Of a stretch of DNA of 64,000 nt, positions 42,416 to 52,553 are shown piece after piece. Made by a program: the position numbers and the translations under genes. The notes beneath the pieces are model-generated. The model made no database searches, was not told the DNA's origin, and worked only from the letters and a program-made list of their open reading frames with translations. Origin of the DNA: Octopus vulgaris (taxonomy: Eukaryota); NCBI GenBank assembly GCA_951406725.2, contig OX597816.1, forward strand, positions 31,186,001 to 31,250,000, in the 5' to 3' direction. Numbering within the stretch: position 1 is the stretch's first letter; every line of letters begins with the position of its first letter.

Positions 42416-42461
42416 GACATCTGACGACGGCTGAAGTGTATATCAGCCGAAATGTTATGTT
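42416..42461 (+). ncRNA. minimal hammerhead-like motif (Penelope pLTR type)
   Basis: GACAT-CTGACGA-C-GGCTGA-AGTGTATA-TCAGCC-GAAAT-GTT-ATGTT; stems I and II pair; stem III essentially absent (dimer type). Confidence 0.62.
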
Positions 42462-43266
42462 AACAACAAACAAAATGAGGACAAATATCCGTCAAATGTA
42501 AATAATGTTCGTGAATTGCTTTTACTCCAATTTCTCGCAAATTTAAATATTAATTACATTCTCTGCGGAGTATTCCATTCTCATTTGCAAAGTCTCTCAC
42601 TTTCTCTTTTAAGTTTTCATTTGGTATTAGGAAAACCTACAGTTCATTCTATTAATGTATACGTAATATATTATTATTCTATTAATGTATACGTAATTTA
42701 TTATTTATTGAATGAAATAGCCGTATAAATTTTGAACGCGGAATAACTATAAGAAGAGCCTAAAACGTTGGGTAATTACTATCAGAAGATGAGGAGCTGC
42801 AAAGGTCACCGACAAGTGCTCGAAACTTGCAACTTATTCGCAGTTTCCAAGCACTCTGTACCACTAAGCCAATATCAACAGAAACAAATTGCACGAGCAG
42901 CTTCAACAGTTACACACGCGCACAATCATAAATACACAAACACACAAATGAAAGGTAATGAATGTGTGTACGTGCGTGTATGTCTGTGTGTTTGTGTGTG
43001 GGTGTGTGTGTGTGTGTTTCCTGTTCACGGCAAAAAGTTCGTGATGCATTACTTTTACAAAGTTTTTTTTTCTGTGAACAGGTCACGGCTTCAGAGCGAA
43101 GAAAATATTTCAATACAAATGAAATTTTAATGTTGAAGTGAAACTGTTACTACTTAGATAAAGATGTCCCTTAACGGTATTACTAAAATACAGAAGTACA
43201 ACTTAAATAGAGGTGTTAGGTACAATAAATTTTAAATGTATGCTGTGCGGACGTGTAATGATATCT

Positions 43267-43337
43267 TAACCCTATATAACCCTAAAACTAGCCCTTACTT
43301 TAACCCTAAAAAAACTAACACTAACACTAACCCTCCC
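43267..43337. repeat. degenerate interstitial (TAACCC)n-like repeats
   Basis: TAACCC/TAACAC/TAGCCC units; a short TTAGGG run also at ~35220-35240. Confidence 0.55.
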
Positions 43338-43369
43338 CTTGAAATCGTTACGTGTATGCATCTGTATTT

Positions 43370-43783
43370 AAGTATGAATAAAGGCTGAAGACGTTCGACT
43401 TTTATTCTCTAGAAAAATGACGACGCCGTGGTGATCTCATTCTTGCTCACAACATCATAAGCGGAAAGTGTAACCTCTCGAAAGAGCTGTTCTTCACTCC
43501 TGCTCCAGAGCGTCGGCTGCGGGGTCACTCCAAAAAGCTCTATCTGCGACGATTTGATCTCAATCGAAGGAGAGAGGCTTTCTTCGTCCGGGTTGCGGAT
43601 CCGTGGAATAAGCTGCCGGACGAGATAGTGAAGATGCCGAGGACCGCTCGGTTCAAAGTCTCTCTTGACCAGAAATGGCCTGAACTCTTTGCATGAACAC
43701 CACCCTGTACTTAACTCCATGTCCCCCTACATGGCCCTGCTTTTCGCTTTTTGAGCCAGAAAATTAACTTAACTTTAACTTAA
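43370..43783 (+). mobile_element. 5'-truncated CR1-type LINE 3' fragment
   Basis: SLEK*RRRGDLILAHNII...RLRGHSKKL...RVADPWNKLPDEIV...FKVSLD; 3' hairpin CCATGT-CCCCCT-ACATGG; (TAACT)n tail. Confidence 0.88.
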
Positions 43784-44874
43784 GTAGTGCCATGAAACTA
43801 CGGTTTCTGTGTGTTCTTAAATGGCTTACAAACAGCTACGCTGTAATTGTTTTTGCTTCAGTAAACAACCCCAGATCATGTCACTCCGCAATTATTATTG
43901 TTTTTTAATTTGCTAGCAAATATGCTAGCAATGACATCCTCAGTCTCTCCAACATTTTACTTTTTAAACAGAAAAAATCGGGGGCAATGATATGGGTTGC
44001 AGAAAATTCATAATTTCTTAAATTTTCTTTTTTATTGCATATAAATGTGTTTATGGGGGAAAATATTGAAAGACATCAATACATGCGAGAGTGATTAAGA
44101 AACGAGGAGGGTTGCCTTTGGATATGCTACAAACAAAAGCCAAATCGCCCTTGAATCACCCATTTTTTCCTCTGAAAATTTTAATAATTCAAAACCAAAT
44201 ACTGAACATATTCTTCCCACGGTTTTGAAGTGCAAAAAATTAGCTCAATAAGTTCGGAGTTGGATGATGAGGGAGGGGGTGTAAAACAAAGAGTTTACAA
44301 AACTTTTTCGTACAATAATCCCCCCAACCCTTCATTTCGTGGAAAATCCCTTAAAACCTTTCCCTACAAATTTCTTTAAAATTGTAATCTATGCCGTTTG
44401 AAAGAGCATTAATAGATACCCGCCTTCCTGAAAATTATGAGGGAAAAATTCAGATCGTAGGAATTTTTTAAAACTCCTCTCTCTACCGCTCGGAAAAAAA
44501 CTCTTTCTCATAAACCCCTATATACTTTGAAGTCACAGCACATAAATAGCATTTGTAGAAAAGGTATCCATTTTTCTGGATGTCATGGGGCGTATACATC
44601 TGTAGTAATGCTCTGTTATTTATACGATTTTTTTCCTTTCATATTTATTTCATTCATTGTTTGCAATGTTCTCTCTCGTGATGTTTGTTTTAAAAAAGAG
44701 AGATTATGACTGTGATAAAATAATGAAAGCAATACTTATTAAATAAATGAGCACTATTATATATAGAAATATTTAAACGTACATTATAAAAATTATTATA
44801 ATTGGGAATCAGATGTGAAAATATTATTAAGGGGCTAGCAGAAAACTGCCCGAAGTGCGGTCTTCCTGCCAGTG

Positions 44875-44917
<43 letters not shown>

Positions 44918-47900
44918 TACGTCATATATTTGCATTACTTTTGACACTTTCTGTTGTAATCATTTGCAGACTTACGTATTCAATTAATTCCGCTAAATAT
45001 CAACAGATGTAAATTAACAGTATTTGCGATTTAAGATTCAGCTTTGTTTTTCGAAGAATTCTAAGTGCTTCCTTTTATGCGATCCTCCTCAGAATTCGAT
45101 GATGCTATTTGTTAAGACGTGTTACCTACAAAGAACAAACTTTCCATCACGCATTAAATCTAAAATACTCCGCATTCAATTCTTTGTAGAATCTTCTGAA
45201 ATAAATACTCTCCGAATCTCTAGAATTTGAGTGAAGTAGTGACGTTCTCTGCCAGAAAATATCCTTCGTATATAATGAAAGCAATGGAATGTAGATTATG
45301 ATATGAAGATGCAGAGAAAATTAAGTAGTTGTCTAAAATATATTGTCACAATTCACATTCTATCAATTGTGAATAAGGGTTTCAGATAGTTTCTTAGGAT
45401 ATTACAAGTTCTGCCTTAAGCATGAGATATACTCCATTGTTTAAAGATTTGAAAATTATTGTTCTCAAATTTTTAACTTGTTCTCAGATTTTAACTTTAA
45501 TAAGGACGAACACTAGCTTTTGCATTACTGAATTGTAGGAGGTAATCATATGGCATTGCTAAAATCATTATGATTTTTTTTTCACTCTCACGTGTAATAT
45601 AAAGGAATATTATTCATTTAAATTTCATGAACAGCTGTTTGTTATATCATTTAATTTTCAATGCTAATATTTACCTTGCTATAAAGACACGCACACACAC
45701 TCACGCAATTACACAAACACATACACACACATGTATATGTTTATATTTACACACACGCACACAAACATTTCTGCATTGAAGGTGAGAGCTAGTTAAGTGA
45801 TCATATATTATCTGAATTGCTAAAAAAAACTTTAAGGGTTCTTTCAGACATTTGAAGGCCTTCGGTATTCGGGTATTTCATTTAATTTTCGAATCAATAA
45901 CTGAAAGAAAATACGTTCCCGGACAGCGAAATTCTATCTTAATATTTCGTGCATGTCACATAGGAGTAAACCCAATATGTTTTGTTTGGAGAAGGGTTAG
46001 AGAATGGGTCAAAATCGTCTCCATAGATTTGGCACAAAGCTTCCAAGCACCAACAATTAGTATCTGCTCAAGTAATGCTAAAATAGCAACGAGGGAAGAA
46101 ACAGCGCATATATTTGTAATAAGTAAATATTATGCCCTTGGGCTGTTGAAGGAGATCCGAACTATTAATCCCTGTTATTCGACTCAGCTCTGGATTCTTG
46201 AGTGGAGTGCCTTGCGCATGCTCCTTTGTCGTTCAAACATTGAATGAAATTGAAACCCGATTTTGTCAATTTAATGTATTTGAATATATTGATTCAATTT
46301 GGAAGGATATGATGTGTGAAAGGAAAGAAATTTAGTTGCTTTCAAAGTTTTCCCTGTTATTTCACGCAACTTGGGTTAAGGTGTTTTGCGTTTCGTGAGT
46401 AGTCAGGTGGATTTCAAATATTTTATTGTATGCATTACGTTGCCGAGGCAACTATTTCAGAAAGTACTTCTATTTCCTCAAATGACGCTTTGGTTCTAGT
46501 ATAGTTTTTACCACTCTGCAATTCTACTGAAAACAGATCTTCTTTATATTTTGATATATAGATTTCGCCTGATTTTTTTATGTTGCGCACAATGCAGTAA
46601 ACATGAAATGCATTCCACTGGTGGTCATCCTGTGTTTTATTTGATATCCATTGTTATAGTCACAAATATTTTTATGGTGTTCTCTATTTGGAAGATTTCA
46701 AGAAATTACGTAAATTATTTTATTAGCTCATGCTCTAATCAGTTAATCCCAAGGATATACTGAATGTAGTAATTAAACTAAACAAATGTAGCAGAACGAA
46801 GAGTCTCATTGTTTTAAGATAAATACTTACGGTACTTTATAATCTAAATTAACTAACACCGAAACTAGCGAATTTATGCAAGCTAATTTTATTGTCCTAG
46901 CGAACAAATATAACAACAATGTTTATGCAAATCATTGCATGTAAGTATCAGTTATTAAAGATAAACTTTATTCTTATTTCACCACATTCATAAAGTATTA
47001 TACGCCATGTGGTATATCTGGAGACTTACTTGTGTATAATTAATCAAGCTTTATGTAAAACACGAGACGTAAGGAAACATGTAACTTCACTTCTTAAACT
47101 ACTTTACATTTCCTATGACGTGCAGCAACATCATTAATCACGTTGACATTTCCGTTTCCAGAAGATTGGAAATGATGACTGCAGCTTATGCTAATCTCGG
47201 TGTCTTAAAATTGGTTGCAGTAACATCGAAATATCTAAACCCTATTTAAACTTAGCTAATATTACGTAACTCAAAGCACTTCTTATTGAAACTAAATTCA
47301 ACAAATTATAGAGAAATATTCATTTCAATGGAAATTGCCTTCTTCGTATATAAAGTGGGCACGAGACACCTATGTAGTCCTGAACCATCATGCAATGATG
47401 GTTCAGATCTATACATTTTATGATTATTTCCAACAGAGATACTATAGTGAAGTAATTACCTTCAGAGTCCTTCCAAATCGAAATCGCATATAGTTTACAG
47501 AATGGTTACATAAGGATTATTATTTCATGACGTGTTTATACAAAATGACAAATTCTAATTTGATGTGTATTGCCTGTTTTCAGGTCTGACATTTCCGTAT
47601 ATGTTTCAATTACACTAGATACTGAGAATATAGTAACAGCTTATATCGGTAAAATTACGAATTATCGTGTTCCCGCAATAAGACTATCTAAGATAATTTC
47701 TACAATACATGCTTAATATGGTTCACGAAGAAACTAATTTACGAATCCATCCATGTGCCACTTACAAATTTGTCTCCGATGCTATTTAGAACAACTTAGG
47801 TTCAAACTTGGAAGTCAATTGGCAATTCACACTATACTGTATCTCTAATATTTATCATGTAGCTGATATTATATCATCATGTATATGTCAATGTGTTGAG

Positions 47901-49509
47901 AGGGACAGAAAATCGACTTCACTCAGTTGTTACGCTATTTCATTCTAATTCCAAGATGTCCAAGAGGTCCCCTTGCGTCTACCAACGAAAATATTTTCTC
48001 CATATAAATGTTATGATCATATAAATGCGTCTACCAATGAACACACTTTCTCCATATAAATGTTATAATCTTCACAGATATTTTTACTACCACAGGGTCT
48101 TTTAAATTAAACTCTATAATTATCAGAAGTAACTTATTTATTATTGAGATGTTGTAGAAGACGGATAGACCGTAATCATAAGACAAAAATTTTACTTTGC
48201 GATTCATTTATTCACCCTTTAACAAATAATTCCTACTGGAATATTATACATTTATTCACACACGCTACTGTAAAACAGCAATTGAATACATTAGCTACGA
48301 TTATTAATTGAAATGTTATATAAGGCCTTGCTGGTCGATTTCGTAAGGTTTCTTTTCTAAGGTTTCTAATAACATCGTCACTTACTATTTAATTACAACA
48401 TTGCTATATACTTTTACATGTGAATTATTTTCCAAACGGTTGCTTAGAATTAATAGATAACTCATTCCATTTAATTTTTACATAACAAGACGAATCAAGC
48501 ATGCAATACAATTGCTAAAGAATGTATCGAGGAGTATTCCATGAAAAGTGATGTACCTTTTATGAAGGGGCTGGGAGCGATATGATAGGAATTCAGCTGA
48601 GCTGTCTTGCAACTCAGGCAAACGAACATAGACTCTGCTGCTGCACCACACAAATATGATATAATTTGATAAATAGCCACGTCAGACTATTCATTACACC
48701 GAGAGGATATAATTTCTTCTTAATATCATCTTCTGCTGCAACTCTGCCAAATTTCTAATGCAACTATCTCAATTATATATCTTCTTTCTTGATAACAGTA
48801 CTTCAATGACCACTTGTTCTACTCTGTACAGCAAAACATTATTTACTGTTATAATTTCATTACAACTATGAAAGTTTGCTCAACTTATGATATTTTGTTC
48901 GTTTTAGTCTACACATTTATATCTACTGTTCATATGGGTATTTTGTAAACATTATGTCTTATAAAATTACAAACACAATTAGTCCGCATATTATTTATGC
49001 AATTAATACTGAAATTATACAATTATGGCCATTTTACTTTTACCATATACCAGTTCATATACGCGGGTGCGTTAGTGATATTTTTGCAAATTCCGATGTT
49101 TATAAATCTTCAAAGGACAATCTTCATCAACAAAATGCTCACGTGTGACAGAGAGAGAGGGGGAGAGAAGAGAGAGTGAGAGAGAAAGATAAGAGATAGA
49201 GGAGAGAGAAGAGAGATATAAGGGTTGGAGGAAGAGAAACTACATAGATAGTTGAACACGAATTAATAGAGGCAATTATTTTTGAGTTTCACTTGTAACG
49301 GCTCATCAGACAGTCTTACAAGTCATTGCTGTCGAAATTTCAGCTACAGATAACTTTCGAATTAATGACGAGATTACACGGATGTATGTGTGAGTGTGTG
49401 CGTATGTATGGGTGTATGTGTATGTATGTGTGCAAGCGAGTGTGTGTTACACTAGCTGAAGCAGCTGTTGTAATTGCCTTGTTATATTTGATCTAATGGT
49501 TTCAAATAT

Positions 49510-49886
49510 TCTTTTCTACTCTAGGCACAAGGCCAGAAATTTTTGGAGAGAAGGCCAGTCGATTAGACCTACACCAGTACGCAACTGGTACTTAATTTAT
49601 CGACCCCGAAAGGACGAAAGGCAAAGTCCACCTCGGTGGAATTTGAAATCAGAATATAAAGACAGGTGAAATACTGCGAAGCATTTCGCCCGGCCTGCTA
49701 ACGTTTCCTATTTCTTTATTGCACACAAGGGGCTAAATATAGAGGGGACAAACAAGGACAGACAAACGGATTAAGTCTATTATATCGACCTCAGTGCGTA
49801 ACTGGTACTTATTTAATCGACCCCGAAAAGATGAAAGGCAGAGTCGACCTCAGTGGAATTTGAACTCAGAACGTAACTCAGAACGT
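49510..49886 (-). mobile_element. nested or tandem Nin-domain-type SINEs (type B), left part of an array split by LINE-B
   Basis: Plus strand TGGTACTTAATTTATCGACCCCGAAAGGAYGAAAGGCAAAGTC.ACCTCGG is the reverse complement of a Nin-like domain; B-box GAATTTGAACTC. Confidence 0.85.
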
Positions 49887-51152
49887 AGTAGTAAGTAGCT
49901 GTTGGAACAGAAAGACGTGTTTCAGCTCGCTCTGACCAGTAAGTGGCTGTTGGAACAGAATACATATGAACCCAACTTTACAATTTTCAACTGAAAACTC
50001 TACTGAAAATTCTTCCTTCTCAAAAACGACAAAGCCTTAATTCCAGTGAAAGCTACGTTTTTGTATCGTGAACACGTATTATGAAAGATATAATACTGTA
50101 ACGATAATAATAATTATTCGTAAGTACACAATATTCCTATTAACAAACACACAATAGTTTACATTATCTCAGAACTATAACATATACCAGTACTATTGTC
50201 TCCTACTGTTCAATACACCACAGAAGTTGATATTTTGAATATTTCTATCCTTATTTGCCATTACCTATATTTATTACCTATATTTACTGTTATTATCTAT
50301 ATTTCTTGTTGCACAAACAACTTGGTTAAGTGACCAACAACGAATCGAAGACACTGAAAAACAATAGGTAGCTCACAACAACAGTAACAAAAAACACATC
50401 TCTAAATATCGCAACTGGTCGTACATTGAAGTGGATACTTTCATTAACTCATGGATCATTCTCTTTCAAACCGATAACATACATGCCTCAAACTTCAATT
50501 TCATTGCTAAAAGAGTTGGCCATCTCTTTAATAACCCTGCTTCATATCTCACTGTGAGAAACCTGTAACCACGTGGATAAACTAGCCCGAAATTTCTTAC
50601 TCACCACAGCCCATTTAATGTTATTATCTATATTTTTTTGTTGCACAAACAACTTGGTTAAGTGATCAACAACGAATCGAAGACACTGAAAAACAATAAA
50701 TAGTTCACAACAACAGCAACAGTAACAAAAAAAAAAAACAAAAAAAAACACATCTTTAAATATTGCAACTGGTCATATATATTGAAGTGGATACAACTAC
50801 AACATTCACATCAGCAGCTAAAAGAACTAATAGACCCGTCATTATCGTCATCATCATTGTTTCCATCTTCTACTGCTACCTCCCCTTCTTCATCTTCTCT
50901 CCCCCTCCTCCTGCTACTACTCCTAGTGGCCAAAGCCAAACATTCCATTCTACCTCGCCAGTAACCCATCCCAACCACTCTTACTTTCTCCATATCCCAC
51001 CACCATAGCTCCACTAACAACTCAAGTACCATTGCTACTACTACTACTATCTCAGCCAGTGTACAAAATCAACCACTGCTCCTTCCCCCTCTCCATTCAA
51101 GTCAAACAATTCTAAATCTCAAGCTATTCACAATCCACCGCCCACATAAACG

Positions 51153-52553
51153 ATGACGGGTAACGGAAATCCACGGACTGCCAGCTCAGAGAGCAACACT
51201 TGCCTGGCCACAGACATCATATTGAAAATCATCTCATCAACACAAAATCAAGATATAAAAAGTGTCTTGTCGAAATATGATATCAAACAGGAAAGTGGAG
51301 CAATATACAAAAATATTTTCACCAACTGTAAGTTTACGATGTTAAAGAAAGCAGCAGCTTTCTTGAATGATGGTGTCCAAGTTGAGCTCACAAAACCAAA
51401 CCTCACCAACTGGATTATAGCAAGGATTGAAAACTTCCTCCCGGAGACTTGCAAAATGTGTGACAAACAGTACTGCATTACATTTGGCCAAAAACCAGCT
51501 TTGGCATGCTTCATCTGTGGACAAGGAATACACGAAGCGTGCTACTTAAAAAAGATAAATAACCACACCATTCCAGATATTCTAGGCCTACACTGGCTAT
51601 GCAGTTATTGTTCACCAAGGGCCACAATAACGAATGAACCTAGGACCCTACCACAGACAGGCCGTTCTAAACAGATATTGATTGGCGAAACTGACATGGC
51701 AAATAAATCCTGCCACACACAGGCCATCCAAGTGCCTCTTGTAAATGACAAGAATGAAGACAATGACATGCAAACACCTACAAAACGAGAAACAGGAGAT
51801 CCTGCAGAAAAAGACCAAACTTCCCACGAAAAGAAACAGATCCAGAGCAAACGCTCAAATGAAGAAAGGCCAGTATGTATCCTTTACAGGCGCAACAAGT
51901 GCAAACATGGTCTTTCAGGTACAGGGTGCATGTACAGTCACCCCAAACCATGCAGACCATATATCAACTTCGGTACTGATCGAAAAAAAGGATGCCAAAA
52001 TGGCCGAGAATGTGAACTCAAAGATGTGCCGCAATTCGCTGAGAAAAAAGAATGTTTTGGTGAGAATTGCAAATTTATGCACCGGAAGGGTACAATTCGC
52101 ATAAAAACTACTGAACCCACACCACCAGGACCAAGCTCAGCAGGGTATGAAAACCATTTCCCAAAAATGCGGAAACCAGGTCATGGCTCAGTAGGGTATG
52201 AAAACCATTTCCCAAAAATGCGGAACCCAGGTCATGGCTCAACAGTGAATGAAAATCATGCTACTCAATTGCATACATCAGCTGTAACAAACCCAAACTC
52301 GCAGAAATTCGATATAGTAATGAATGAAAGCAGTTTTTTAGGCATAATCTACCAACTACAACAACAGCTGTACTCCATACAGACGACTCAGCAAAACCAG
52401 GCAACATTGATACAAAGGCTGACACCTGGACTTACAGGGCACATACAACAAATACAGACAGCCCAGCAGACCGAATATCCAGTCAGCACAGTCCCAGCAA
52501 CTACAACAGTCTTGCCAACAAAAGGGCAGATGTATCCGGTACAACAAGCATAA
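51153..52553 (+). CDS. LINE-B ORF1: PHD-like finger + CCCH zinc-finger array + Q-rich C-terminus
   Basis: CKMC..CFICGQGIHEAC..WLCSYC (C4HC3); CILYRRNKCKHGLSGTGCMYSH; CRPY..C..C; CFGENCKFMH RKGT. Confidence 0.88.
   Translation: MTGNGNPRTASSESNTCLATDIILKIISSTQNQDIKSVLSKYDIKQESGAIYKNIFTNCKFTMLKKAAAFLNDGVQVELTKPNLTNWIIARIENFLPETCKMCDKQYCITFGQKPALACFICGQGIHEACYLKKINNHTIPDILGLHWLCSYCSPRATITNEPRTLPQTGRSKQILIGETDMANKSCHTQAIQVPLVNDKNEDNDMQTPTKRETGDPAEKDQTSHEKKQIQSKRSNEERPVCILYRRNKCKHGLSGTGCMYSHPKPCRPYINFGTDRKKGCQNGRECELKDVPQFAEKKECFGENCKFMHRKGTIRIKTTEPTPPGPSSAGYENHFPKMRKPGHGSVGYENHFPKMRNPGHGSTVNENHATQLHTSAVTNPNSQKFDIVMNESSFLGIIYQLQQQLYSIQTTQQNQATLIQRLTPGLTGHIQQIQTAQQTEYPVSTVPATTTVLPTKGQMYPVQQA

Noticed and set aside
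43715-43783. CATGGCC in the CR1 fragment 3'UTR as a fourth example of the two-hairpin end
   Set aside because: Forms a different single hairpin and lacks the GGYG/GGCC base stem and AAAC
45852-46247. 131-aa plus-strand ORF
   Set aside because: TTG start and no recognisable motif
47974-48070. 52-bp and 30-bp (42645-42703) local duplications
   Set aside because: Ordinary slippage duplications with no further signal
52124-52259. Regularly spaced repeats resembling a CRISPR array
   Set aside because: Contiguous coding tandem repeat with no unique spacers; eukaryotic context
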